Shown: positions 9,448-19,109 of the stretch, in pieces
How positions within the stretch are numbered: position 1 is the first letter of the stretch
How the letters are laid out: each line of letters starts with the position of its first letter
Origin: Candidatus Latescibacterota bacterium
GTDB taxonomy: Bacteria; Latescibacterota; UBA2968; UBA8231
Direction: 5' to 3'
DNA length: 64,000 bases
NCBI GenBank assembly: GCA_964291625.2
Contig: OZ220089.1
Location: 192,001-256,000, forward strand
Position numbers and translations under genes: made by a program
Notes under the pieces: model-generated
What the model was told of the DNA's origin: nothing
Databases searched by the model: none
What the model saw: the letters and a program-made list of their open reading frames with translations, nothing else

Positions 9448-10803
9448 ATGCCCCTCCACCCCCTTCTCGAGGAGGATGGCAAGGCCATCCGGGATCCGGT
9501 GTGGGGCTATGTCCACGTCCCGGGACCACTGCTGGCCCTCGTCGACACCGAGGACTTCCAGCGGCTGCGCACCATCAGCCAACTCGGCTTCGTCCACCTC
9601 GTCTACCCGGGCGCGCGCCACTCCCGCTTCGAGCACTCCCTCGGCGTCTATCACCTGGCCAAGCAGTTCCTCGTCCGGTTGCTGCGGTCCGACCCTCCCC
9701 TGGTCCTCGACGATCAGGACGTGCGCGTCTTTCTCGCCGCCACCCTGCTCCACGACATCGGCCACTATCCCTTCTCCCACACCCTCGAGGAACTGACCTC
9801 CTTCTTCGTCAGCCACGAGCAGCGGGCCCGCCTCCTGATCGAAGACCCTTCCGGCGAGATCTCCCGGGTCCTGCGCGAGGAGCTCGACATCGACCCCGTG
9901 CGGGTGGCCAACGTCATCGACTACGCCGCCAAGGACCTCGAGATTCCGCAGCGCGACCTGATGCTCGCCCGCATCCTGAGCGGGACCCTCGACCCGGACA
10001 AGATCGACTACCTGCTCCGCGATTCCCTGTTCTGCGGGGTCCCCTTCGGCGAGAGCGTCAACCGGGACCGTCTGATCGCCGCCATCACCTACGACGCGCG
10101 GCGGCGTCAACTGGCCATCCGCAGCAAGGGCGTCTCGGCCGTGGAGTCCCTGGCCTTCACCAACTACCTCATGTACCGCAACGTCTACTGGCATCACGCC
10201 GTGCGCTCGGCCACGGCCATGTTCAAGCGCTCGGTGCAGGAGGTTCTGCAGCACCCTGGCAGCGGCATCCGGGTCACCGACTTCCACCGGGTCACCGAGG
10301 GCGAGCTGCTCATGGCCCTGCGCGCCGAGCAGGACCGCCTCGGACTCGAGGGGGCCCGGGCGCTCCTCGACGGGGTCGTGCACCGGCGGCTGCACAAGCT
10401 GGCGGCCTACGTGTTCCCCGGAGAGCGCAAGGAGGGGTTGCTCCACTATCTCTACGAGCTCTACCAGCATCCCGACCGGCGCCGCCTCAAGGAGATCGAC
10501 CTGAGCCGGCGCTTCGGCGAGCGGCTCGGGCGCCCGGTCACGGGCCACGAGATCCTCATCGACATCCCCAGCTTCCACAAGTCGCCCCAAGTCGACCTCA
10601 AGGTCTTCTACGGCGAGTCTGTGCCCTCCGACAAGCCACAGCCCCTGAGCTTCGACGACCCCGAGGTCTCCCGCCTGCGCGAGTCGCTGGTGGAGAACTT
10701 CGAGGACCAGGCCCGGGTCTTCCGCGTGTTCTGCGTCGCCGACGCCGAGTTCCTGTCCCTGGCCTCGGAGGAGGCGAAGGGCCACCTCGGCGCCAACGGC
10801 TGA
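9448..10803 (+). CDS. HD-domain phosphohydrolase, SAMHD1/YwfO-like putative dNTP triphosphohydrolase
   Basis: IRDPVWG, FQRLRTISQLG, HSRFEHSLG, LLHDIGHYPFSH, LDPDKIDYLLRD, VYWHH. Confidence 0.9.
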   Translation: MPLHPLLEEDGKAIRDPVWGYVHVPGPLLALVDTEDFQRLRTISQLGFVHLVYPGARHSRFEHSLGVYHLAKQFLVRLLRSDPPLVLDDQDVRVFLAATLLHDIGHYPFSHTLEELTSFFVSHEQRARLLIEDPSGEISRVLREELDIDPVRVANVIDYAAKDLEIPQRDLMLARILSGTLDPDKIDYLLRDSLFCGVPFGESVNRDRLIAAITYDARRRQLAIRSKGVSAVESLAFTNYLMYRNVYWHHAVRSATAMFKRSVQEVLQHPGSGIRVTDFHRVTEGELLMALRAEQDRLGLEGARALLDGVVHRRLHKLAAYVFPGERKEGLLHYLYELYQHPDRRRLKEIDLSRRFGERLGRPVTGHEILIDIPSFHKSPQVDLKVFYGESVPSDKPQPLSFDDPEVSRLRESLVENFEDQARVFRVFCVADAEFLSLASEEAKGHLGANG

Positions 10804-10831
10804 GCCGACCGGGCGCGGGATCGAGATCTCA

Positions 10832-12031
10832 TTGAACAGCTACCCTGAACTGCGCCTGCGCCCCAATGCCGAGCGGTTGCTGATCAAGGGACATCCCTGG
10901 GTGTTCAGCGGCGCCGTCGCGGCCCGTCACGCCGACGCCCGCCGCGGATCGATCGTCGACGTGGTCAACGACCGCGGACGCTTCATCGGCCGCGGCACCG
11001 CCAACCCCGGTTCCGAGATCGCCGTCCGCATCCTCACCCGGCAGCCGGACCAGGCGATCGATGCCGGCTTCATCCGCAGCCGGGTCGAGCGCGCCGTGGA
11101 GCTGCGCCGCCGCAGCCCGCTGCTGCGCGGCGTCGAGGCTCTGCGCCTCGTGCACGGCGAGAGCGACGGCCTGCCGGGCCTGGTGGTGGACGACTACGCG
11201 GGCTGGGCGGTCTTCCAGATCCACACCGCCGGCATGGAGGCCATGCGCGACTGGGTGCTGGCCGCTCTTCTGGAGGTGGTCTCCCCGCGCGGTCTGTACG
11301 AGCGCAGCGACGTGGGCACGCGCCGCGCCGAGGGGTTGCGCAACCGGCCCACGGGGCCGGCGGCCGGCGACGAGCCGCCCGGGCTGATCGAGTTCCACGA
11401 AGGCGAGGTGCCGCTCGCCGTCGACATCCGCCGGGGTCAGAAGACCGGCTTCTTCCTCGATCAGCGGGACAACCGGCGTCTGCTGGCCAGCGTCGCCCCC
11501 GGGCGCTCCCTGCTCAACGTCTTCGCCTACACGGGCGGGTTCACCGCCCACGCGCGCCACGCCGGCGCGGTGAGCAGCCTCGACGTCGATCTCTCTCCGC
11601 AGGCTCTGCGCCTGGGCCGGCGCATCTCCGGCGGTCTGGGCGGCGGACCCCACCGGTCGCTGGCGGCCGAGGCCTTTTCCTGCCTCGACCATCTCGCCGA
11701 CCGCGGACACCGCTACGGGGTCGTCGTCCTCGATCCGCCTTCCCTGGTGCGCAAGGGGCGCGATCTCAAGCACGCCATGGGCGTGTACACCAAGCTCAAC
11801 CGCAACGGCTTCCGCCTCGTCGAGGACGGCGGCTACCTGCTCACCTCCTCGTGCAGCACCCGGGTCACGGAGGAGGACTTCTTCCAGATCGTGAGGCGCG
11901 CCGCCTCCGGCGCCCGCGTCGACGCCCGCATCGTGGCCCGCACCCATCACCCGGCCGATCACGTCGTCGACCCGGCCTTCCCGGAAGGGCGTTACCTCAG
12001 CTCGGCCCTGGTCCGCGTCGACCGCGGGTGA
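10832..12031 (+). CDS. rlmI: Class I SAM-dependent rRNA methyltransferase (RlmI/RlmK-like)
   Basis: GHPWVFSG PUA-like N-terminus, GESDGLPGLVVD, GQKTGFFLDQRDNR, LNVFAYTGGF, LDPP, PEGRYL. Confidence 0.88.
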   Translation: MNSYPELRLRPNAERLLIKGHPWVFSGAVAARHADARRGSIVDVVNDRGRFIGRGTANPGSEIAVRILTRQPDQAIDAGFIRSRVERAVELRRRSPLLRGVEALRLVHGESDGLPGLVVDDYAGWAVFQIHTAGMEAMRDWVLAALLEVVSPRGLYERSDVGTRRAEGLRNRPTGPAAGDEPPGLIEFHEGEVPLAVDIRRGQKTGFFLDQRDNRRLLASVAPGRSLLNVFAYTGGFTAHARHAGAVSSLDVDLSPQALRLGRRISGGLGGGPHRSLAAEAFSCLDHLADRGHRYGVVVLDPPSLVRKGRDLKHAMGVYTKLNRNGFRLVEDGGYLLTSSCSTRVTEEDFFQIVRRAASGARVDARIVARTHHPADHVVDPAFPEGRYLSSALVRVDRG

Positions 12032-12038
12032 GGTCACC

Positions 12039-13901
12039 GTGAAGAAGCCGCTCAGCGACGACCTGCGGCTGAAGCTCGAGGCCCTGCCCAGGGGGCCCGG
12101 CGTCTACCGCATGAAGGACGAGGCGGCGAAGATCCTGTACGTGGGCAAGGCCAAGAGCCTGCGCAGCCGCGTGCGCTCCTACTTCCAGGAGTCCGGGACG
12201 GCCGAGCGGGGTCCGCAGATCCAGGCCCTGATGGGGCGGGTGGCCGACTTCGACTGCATCGTCACCGAGACCGAGGGGGAGGCGCTGATCCTCGAGGCGG
12301 AGCAGATCAAGGCCTGCCACCCGCGCTACAACATCAACCTCAAGGACGACAAGAAGTACCCCTTCATCCGCATCACCGACGAGGCCTACCCCCGCATCTA
12401 CTGGACCCGGGACCTGGTCCGCGACGGATCGCGCTACCTCGGGCCGTACAGCAACGCCCGGCAGATGCGCACCCTGCTCGACGTGATGCACAAGGTCTTC
12501 CCCGTCCGCAGCTGCCGCTACGACCTCCCCGACCCCAAGGTCAAGCTGTGCATGGAGTACCAGATCCGGCGCTGCGAGGGGCCTTGCGAGGACCTGGTGA
12601 GCCGCGAGCAGTACCGCGGCACGGTGAGCCAGGCGACCCGCTTCCTCAGGGGCGACAAGACCAGCGTCATCCGCGAGCTGAAGACGCGGATGGCGGAGGC
12701 GGCGGGCCGGCAGCGCTTCGAGCAGGCCGCCCGCCACCGCGACCAGATCCGCGCCCTCGAGCTCTACCAGTCGCGGCAGAAGGTCGTCCTCGAGGAGAAG
12801 GTCGACCGCGACGTGGTCGGCCTTGCCCGGCACGACGACGAGGCCTGCTGCGCGGTGCTGGAGATCCGGGAAGGCCGCCTGGTGGGCGAGAAGCACCACT
12901 TCCTCAGCGGCGTCATGGAGGCCGCCGACGGCGAGGTGCTCTCCGCCTTCCTGCGGCAGTTCTACCTGCAGACCGACTTCATCCCCCGCGAGGTCCACGT
13001 GAGCCACGATCTGGAGGACGCCGACCACATCTCCACCTGGCTCACCGGCAAGGGGGACGGCGCCCGGGTCGAGGTCGCCGCCTACCAGCGCGGCCTCAAG
13101 GCGCGCACCCAGGACATGGCCGACAGCAACGCCGCCCACCTGATGGAGGAACGGCGCCTCAAGAGGGAGTCCCGGCGCGACCGCGTCCCCCAGTCGGTGC
13201 AGGCCCTGCAGAGGGACCTGGCCCTCCAACGCCTGCCGCGCCGCATCGAGGGCGTCGACATCTCCACCTTCCAGGGCAGCGACACTGTCGGCTCCGTGGT
13301 CGTCATGGTCGACGGCAAGCCGCGGCGCAGCGAGTACCGCCACTTCCGCATCCGCGGCGGCGAGGGCCGGCCCGACGACTTCGCCGCCATCCGCGAAGTC
13401 GTGGAGCGGCGCTTCCGCGGGCTCTCCGAGCGGGGCGAGCCCGGCCCCGACCTGCTGATGATCGACGGCGGCAAGGGGCAGCTGTCGAGCGCCATCGAGG
13501 CCCTGGGGACCCTGGGCGTGGACGGCCTCGCCGTCGTAGGGCTGGCCAAGAAGCTGGAGGAACTCTTCCTGCCGGGGCAGGGCGATCCCGTGATCCTGCC
13601 GCGGAGTTCGGCGAGCCTGCGCATGCTGCAGGTTCTGCGAGACGAGGCCCACCGCTTCGCCGTCAGCTACCACCGCAAGCTGCGCACCCGGCGCACCCTC
13701 GGGTCGGACCTGGACGACGTGCCCGGCATCGGTCCCAGGCGCCGGCAGGCGCTGTTGCAGGCTTTCGGGTCCCTGCGCCGTCTGCGCGAGGCGGAGGTCG
13801 ATGAGATCGCCGGCGTCAAGGGCTTCAGCCTGAGGCTCGCCCGCGAACTGAAGAGCCGTCTCGCCACCGACCGGGACGACCCGGGAGAAAGCCGGTCCTG
13901 A
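12039..13901 (+). CDS. uvrC: Excinuclease ABC subunit C
   Basis: GIY-YIG PGVYRM..LYVGKAKSLRSRV, PRYNINLKDDKKYP, IDGGKGQL, LRDEAHRFA, HhH GIGPRR. Confidence 0.98.
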   Translation: MKKPLSDDLRLKLEALPRGPGVYRMKDEAAKILYVGKAKSLRSRVRSYFQESGTAERGPQIQALMGRVADFDCIVTETEGEALILEAEQIKACHPRYNINLKDDKKYPFIRITDEAYPRIYWTRDLVRDGSRYLGPYSNARQMRTLLDVMHKVFPVRSCRYDLPDPKVKLCMEYQIRRCEGPCEDLVSREQYRGTVSQATRFLRGDKTSVIRELKTRMAEAAGRQRFEQAARHRDQIRALELYQSRQKVVLEEKVDRDVVGLARHDDEACCAVLEIREGRLVGEKHHFLSGVMEAADGEVLSAFLRQFYLQTDFIPREVHVSHDLEDADHISTWLTGKGDGARVEVAAYQRGLKARTQDMADSNAAHLMEERRLKRESRRDRVPQSVQALQRDLALQRLPRRIEGVDISTFQGSDTVGSVVVMVDGKPRRSEYRHFRIRGGEGRPDDFAAIREVVERRFRGLSERGEPGPDLLMIDGGKGQLSSAIEALGTLGVDGLAVVGLAKKLEELFLPGQGDPVILPRSSASLRMLQVLRDEAHRFAVSYHRKLRTRRTLGSDLDDVPGIGPRRRQALLQAFGSLRRLREAEVDEIAGVKGFSLRLARELKSRLATDRDDPGESRS

Positions 13902-13905
13902 GCCG

Positions 13906-14886
13906 ATGGCAGGCGGGGAGCCGAGGCCGCGCCCCGGGGAGCCGGCGCCGGCGGCCGGCGTGAACGCCGGCCGGGCACCGGTGGAGCTGCCTGGCGCCCT
14001 GGCCGAGGCCCTCGGCGAGTTCCTCGACAGCCTCGCCCGGGAGGGAGGGCTGTCGGTGAGCACGCGAACCTCCTACGGACGCGACCTGCAGAGCTACCTG
14101 GCCCACGCCGCCGGACTCGGGGCCCGGCGGCTTCCGGAGCTCACCGCGGAGGCGGCAGCGGCCCACGTGACCGGCCTCGTCGAGGCAGGACGCTCCCCCG
14201 CCACCGTGGCGCGCGCGGTCTCCTCCATGCGGCGCTTCCACGAGTTCCTGCAGACCACCGGCCGCTGTCCCGAGGACCCCACCGCGGGACTGAGGGCCCC
14301 GAGAGTGGCCCGCCGGGAGCCGGATCCCCTCACCGTGGAGGAGGCGGAACGCCTCGTAAGCGCAGTCCGCGGCGACGAGCCCCTGGAGTTGAGGGACCGG
14401 GCCGTGCTGGAGATGCTCTACGCCACGGGGATGCGGGTCTCGGAGCTGACGGCGCTGCGGACGCCGGACCTGCTGCTGGACAACGGCCTGGTACGGGTGC
14501 ACGGCCGCGGCGCCCGCGAGCGCATGGTGCCCCTCGGCCGGCCGGCGGCCGAGGCGGCCGAAGGCTATGCCCGCCGGGGGAGGCCCCGCCTGGCCGGGGA
14601 TGGTTCGGAGGAGATCCTCTTCCTCGGCGCCCGGGGGGGCGCCATGTCGCGCATGAACGTGTGGAAGGTCATCCGCACCGCCGCCCGCGCCGCCGGCATC
14701 GAGCGCCCCGTGAACCCCCAGACCCTGCGCCACACCTTCGCGGCCCACCTGCTCGAAGGGGGGTTCGACCTGCGGGACGTGCAGCACCTGCTCGGCCACT
14801 CCGACCTCTCCACGACCCTGATCTACGCACGCGCCGACGAGCAGCGGCTGCGGGAGTTGCACCGCACCTTCCACCCCCGGGGGTGA
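13906..14886 (+). CDS. xerD: XerD-like tyrosine recombinase with atypical active-site residues
   Basis: LRDRAVLEMLYATGMRVSEL, LRHTFAAHLLEGG, VQHLLGHSDLSTTLIY; true start may be downstream. Confidence 0.8.
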   Translation: MAGGEPRPRPGEPAPAAGVNAGRAPVELPGALAEALGEFLDSLAREGGLSVSTRTSYGRDLQSYLAHAAGLGARRLPELTAEAAAAHVTGLVEAGRSPATVARAVSSMRRFHEFLQTTGRCPEDPTAGLRAPRVARREPDPLTVEEAERLVSAVRGDEPLELRDRAVLEMLYATGMRVSELTALRTPDLLLDNGLVRVHGRGARERMVPLGRPAAEAAEGYARRGRPRLAGDGSEEILFLGARGGAMSRMNVWKVIRTAARAAGIERPVNPQTLRHTFAAHLLEGGFDLRDVQHLLGHSDLSTTLIYARADEQRLRELHRTFHPRG

Positions 14887-14947
14887 TCGGGGCCGGCCCC
14901 GGGGTCTGCTCGCTCCGAGTCCGCGGCAGCGCCTGCCGGAGCCTGCG

Positions 14948-15919
14948 TCAGTGGACCTTCCGCGCCCGGTAGTCGGCCATGACCTGCTCGGTGCGGCGCA
15001 GGAGGTGCTCGTCCTTCTCGCCGCGCACGGCGGTGGGGTCCATGCCGGACCAGTCGTAGTAGCCCTTCCCCGACTTCAGTCCCGTCTCGCCGCGCTCGAC
15101 CATGGACCGGAGATAGGCCAGGGGCTGCTCCCAGCCGCCGAGGTGCTTCCACAGGTGGTCGGCGACGCGCACGTGCATCTCGAGGCCGTTGATGTCCCGC
15201 TGCTTGAGGGGGCCGGCTGTCGTGAACCGCGGCGCCAAGCCCAGCTCGACGGCGAGGTCGATCGACTCGGCGTCGGCCACGCCCGTGACCAGCAGGTTCA
15301 CGGCCTCGCAGATCACGGCGTGCTGGAGGCGGTTGCACAAGAAGCCGGGCACGTCCTTCTCCACGCGCAGGGGGATCTTGTCCAGCCGCCGCCAGATCTC
15401 GCAGGAGCGGTCCATGGCCGCGTCCGAGGTGTGCTGCCCGCGGATCACCTCGAGGACGGGGACGATGTGGGCGGGCTGGAAGAAGTGGGAGCCGCCGATG
15501 CGGTCCGGATTGGCCATGCGATCGCCGACCTGGGTGATGGGCAGGCCCGAGGTGTTGCTGGCCAGCACCGTGTCGCGGGGAGCGGCGGCGTCCATTCGCC
15601 GGAAGAGCTCCTGCTTGGCCTCGAGGTTCTCGGTGATCGACTCGACGACGAACTCCGCGGAACCGACGGCCTCCTCCAGCTCCGTGGCGGCGCGGACTCG
15701 GCCGGCCACGGCTTCGGCCGTCTCGCCCTTCAGCAGGTCGTGCCGCTGCAGGTCCTCGGCGCCCCTCCGGATGTTGTCCAGAGCCTGGTCCAGGGTCTCC
15801 TGCCGCCGGCTCATGATCACCGTCTCGCGGCTGCCGAGGGCCAGGACGAGGGCGATCTGGCTGCCCATCAGGCCGCCTCCGACGACGGCCGACTGCTCGA
15901 GAAAGAGATCGGGTGACAT
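14948..15919 (-). CDS. 3-hydroxyacyl-CoA dehydrogenase family protein
   Basis: VVGGGLMG, ESITENLEAK, ASNTS, HFFQP, PGFLCNRLQ. Confidence 0.9.
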   Translation of the reverse strand: MSPDLFLEQSAVVGGGLMGSQIALVLALGSRETVIMSRRQETLDQALDNIRRGAEDLQRHDLLKGETAEAVAGRVRAATELEEAVGSAEFVVESITENLEAKQELFRRMDAAAPRDTVLASNTSGLPITQVGDRMANPDRIGGSHFFQPAHIVPVLEVIRGQHTSDAAMDRSCEIWRRLDKIPLRVEKDVPGFLCNRLQHAVICEAVNLLVTGVADAESIDLAVELGLAPRFTTAGPLKQRDINGLEMHVRVADHLWKHLGGWEQPLAYLRSMVERGETGLKSGKGYYDWSGMDPTAVRGEKDEHLLRRTEQVMADYRARKVH

Positions 15920-15953
15920 GCGTTGAGTCTTCTCCTGGTGGGTAGCGCGTTTC

Positions 15954-17273
15954 TCAGTATCCGGCGGCTGCAGCCTGGAGGGAGTCCTTCACCACCCGCA
16001 GCGAATCCCCGGCCGCCTCGAGCGTGCGGTCCACGTCGCCGGCGGTGTGGGCCAGCGACAGGTAGAGCTTGCCCCCGGGGGTGACGAGGACGCCGCGGCG
16101 GATCATCTCCACGCCGAAGCGCCGGGCGGCGTCGGCGTCGGCCTGGAGCCCGTCGGCGTGGTTGCGGATCGGCGCCTCGGTGAAGACCGGCTGCAACACC
16201 GGACCGTCGCCCATGACCTGGAAGGGAAGCCCGAGGCGCCGGCCGGTCTCCTCCAGGCCCTGGCGCAGGCGCTCCGAGGTCTCGTGGAGCCGGGTGTAGA
16301 CCCCCTCCTTCTCCAGCTCGTCCAGCGTCGCCAGCCCCGCCGCGCAGCCCACGGGATTGCCGTTCATGGTGCCGCTGGCGAAGACGTAGTCGCTCTCGGC
16401 CCTGCGGCGGGGGTCGGCCAGGGCCATCACCTCCTCGCGGCCGCAGACCGCGGCCAGGGGGTAACCGCCGCTGATCGTCTTGCCGTACACGGCCAGGTCC
16501 GGGACCACGCCGTAGCGCTCCTGGGCCCCGCCCCAGGCGAGGCGGAAGCCGGTGACGATCTCGTCGAAGACCAGCAACACCCCGTGGGTCCGCGTCACCT
16601 CCCGCAGCCTCTCCAGGAAGCCCGGCTCCGGGCGAAGAGCCCGCTGCAGGGGTTCGACGATGACCGCGGCGAGATCCCCCGCGTGCTCGGCCACGATGCG
16701 CTCCGCCGCCTCGGGGTCGTTGAAAGGGGAGACGAGGACGGTGCGCGCCGCGGCGCCGGGAATGCCCGAGGAGTCGGGGACCGGAGTCGGGTACTCCGCC
16801 GGGCCGGAGGGGGCCGCGCTCTGCATGGCGTAGTCGTGGGCCCCGTGCCAGCCCCCCTCGAACTTGAGGACCTTCTCCCGGCCGGTGAAGGCCCGGGCCA
16901 GGCGCAGGGCGGTGAAGGTGCCCTCGGTGCCGGAGCTGCCGTAGCGCAGCAGGCCGCCGCAGGGAACGGCCTCGGTCACGCGCCGGGCGAGGTGGAGGGC
17001 GGGCTCGTTGAGGCCGTAGAAGGTCGAGCCCAGCCCCGCCTGCTCGCGCACCGCGGCGACCACGGCGGGATGGGCGTGTCCGAGGATGAGGGGCCCCGAG
17101 CCGAGGACGTAGTCGACGTACTCCTTGCCGGCCACGTCCCAGATGCGGCTGCCCTCGCCGCGGTGGAAGACGGCGGCGACCTCGTCGGGGAGCCGGAACA
17201 TCCCGAAGCAGCCGCCCACGAGGACGCGTTCGGAGAGGTCGATCAGATTCTGCTGCCGTGCGGTTCGCTCCAT
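15954..17273 (-). CDS. Class III aminotransferase (glutamate-1-semialdehyde aminomutase-like)
   Basis: GPLILGHAHP, SSGTEG, KFEGGWHG, FDEIVTGFR, PLP Lys in YGKTISGGYP. Confidence 0.88.
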   Translation of the reverse strand: MERTARQQNLIDLSERVLVGGCFGMFRLPDEVAAVFHRGEGSRIWDVAGKEYVDYVLGSGPLILGHAHPAVVAAVREQAGLGSTFYGLNEPALHLARRVTEAVPCGGLLRYGSSGTEGTFTALRLARAFTGREKVLKFEGGWHGAHDYAMQSAAPSGPAEYPTPVPDSSGIPGAAARTVLVSPFNDPEAAERIVAEHAGDLAAVIVEPLQRALRPEPGFLERLREVTRTHGVLLVFDEIVTGFRLAWGGAQERYGVVPDLAVYGKTISGGYPLAAVCGREEVMALADPRRRAESDYVFASGTMNGNPVGCAAGLATLDELEKEGVYTRLHETSERLRQGLEETGRRLGLPFQVMGDGPVLQPVFTEAPIRNHADGLQADADAARRFGVEMIRRGVLVTPGGKLYLSLAHTAGDVDRTLEAAGDSLRVVKDSLQAAAAGY

Positions 17274-17283
17274 CTGCGAAGAC

Positions 17284-17505
17284 TCAGTCGCGGCCCTCGG
17301 CCAGCAGGTCGCGGATCTGGACGAGAACCCCGACCGCGCCGAAGAACACCACGATGACCAGGACTCCTACCAGGGCGAGCAGACCTTCCGCCAGCCGTCC
17401 TTCGATGAAGGAATGGACCGCCCAGACCAGGGAGACTCCGAGGACAAGCCCCACGATGCCCTGGTTGATCTTTCCCAAGTGCTTCAGCACCGCTTTCCAC
17501 AGCAT
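17284..17505 (-). CDS. Small hypothetical membrane protein (2 TM)
   Basis: ATG 17505 after GGGGGA; two hydrophobic stretches. Confidence 0.55.
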   Translation of the reverse strand: MLWKAVLKHLGKINQGIVGLVLGVSLVWAVHSFIEGRLAEGLLALVGVLVIVVFFGAVGVLVQIRDLLAEGRD

Positions 17506-17625
17506 CGGTGTCCCCCACGTGATGGGTGCGCGGATACTCTTGTCGGTGGACCGCCGCCTGCCCTTCAATGAGGCCCCCTCCTGGACTCCCGGTCAAGGCG
17601 CCGGGCGCGTCGCGGCTTCACATGC

Positions 17626-19105
17626 TCAGGAGTCGGCGAGGCCGAGTTCCACGAGGCGGTCCGGCTCGCCGAGGTAGAAGCCTTGTTGCAGGAGGTGGCG
17701 CTGAAGCCTCCTGACGTCGAGGTGGCGTGGGGCGACGCCATCCTGCACGGCCAAGGCGGCCGCGGCGCCGGCGGCCTCGCCCAGTTGCATGAGCGCCGGG
17801 CGAGCGCGGGTGGCGCCGGGGTCGTGGCCGCGGCGGATGTAGGCGGAGGCGCGGCCGGTGGCGAGGAGGCCGTCCATGCCCTTGGGCAGCAGCGAACGGT
17901 AAGGGGTATCGAAGCCGGATGCCTCGCCGCCGTAGTGGGGCTGCGCGGCGTGGGTGTTGCGGTAGAGGACGTCGTCGAACCTGGCGCCGTTGAAGGCGTC
18001 CTCCGGGGTGATGGTGTACTCGCCGTCGATATGCGGGCCACCCCGCGAGCCGAAGTACGGGGCGACGATGAGCAGGTAGGCGCGGTCGAAGCCAGGGACG
18101 TACCTGCGGAAGAACTGCGCCGTCTCGAAGACGTGCATGCGAATGGCCGTCTCGAGGCGGGCGTGCTGCTTCATGTCGTCGCGGCGGATGGCGCCGCCCA
18201 TGTTGATGCGGCTGCCGGCCAGCCCGCTCTCGAACGGACCTTTCCAGAGGTTCGGCGTGTTGATGTGGACGTGGGGCTCGACGGACTTGAGGAAGTAGTA
18301 CGCCGGTCTCCCAGGCACGCCGGAGCAGCGGGATCATGGGGTTCTCGAACGCCTGCCGGACAAAGGGAAACCGCTGGCGCTCGGCCAGCCACGCCTCGTC
18401 CTCGGCGGTGAGGGTGACCTCGGTGGCGAGGAACTGCTCGAAGCGGGGGAAGTCCACGTCGGCCATCACGAAGTAGATCGCCGTGTCGTTCCAGGGGACG
18501 AACTCGGGACGCATGAACTCCTGGCGCATGACGGGCGGCCAGGACGGGTCGGCAGGCATGTCGGTGATGACGGGGACTCCGGCGCGCCGGCACACGTCCG
18601 CGTCGGCGGAGGCGTCGATGACGACCCTGGCCTTGACGGCGACACGGCCGGACTTGCCTTCCACGAAGAGGCCGGTGACGCGGTCGTCCGCGATGATGGG
18701 GTCGCCGACCCACACGGGCACGAGGATCTCGACGCCGGCGTCGAGAGCCATCTCGGCCGCCAGGTGCGAGATGATGTTGGTCGTATCGGCGTAGCGGTGA
18801 CCGGTCTCGACGCGGAGCGCCTCCATCCGGTCGTTCAGCTCCCTGGGGATGCCGGCCAGCCCGCCCGGCAGCGTGACGGGGGCCTCGCCGGCGACACTGC
18901 CGCCGACGATCATCGCCGGGCCGAGGTTGCCGCCCAGAGAGGCGAAACGATCGAGGAGCAGGGTCTTCGCTCCGAGGCGGCCGGCCGCGATCGCCGAGAA
19001 CATGCCGGAGAGACCGCCGCCCACGACGGCCACGTCCACGTCGCAGGCGACGGGCACCTGCTTCCGTGGCTCGGCTACGTAACCCAGCGGCTCTTCCCTG
19101 GCCAT
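17626..19105 (-). CDS. FAD-dependent oxidoreductase (PF12831-like), with apparent frameshift near 18300
   Basis: DVAVVGGGLSG and VIDASADAD in frame 1; PYRSLLPK..GLLATGR and MQLGEAAGAAAALA in frame 2. Confidence 0.8.
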
Positions 19106-19109
19106 GGTG

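Noticed and set aside
9448-10803. HD dNTPase as an anti-phage defence gene
   Set aside because: It sits in a core-gene operon with no defence neighbours; cannot be supported from sequence alone
13906-14886. Tyrosine recombinase as a phage or island integrase
   Set aside because: XerD-like motifs and housekeeping context after uvrC; no mobile genes nearby
15954-17273. Calling the aminotransferase hemL
   Set aside because: Catabolic context and divergent motifs; only the family-level call is supported
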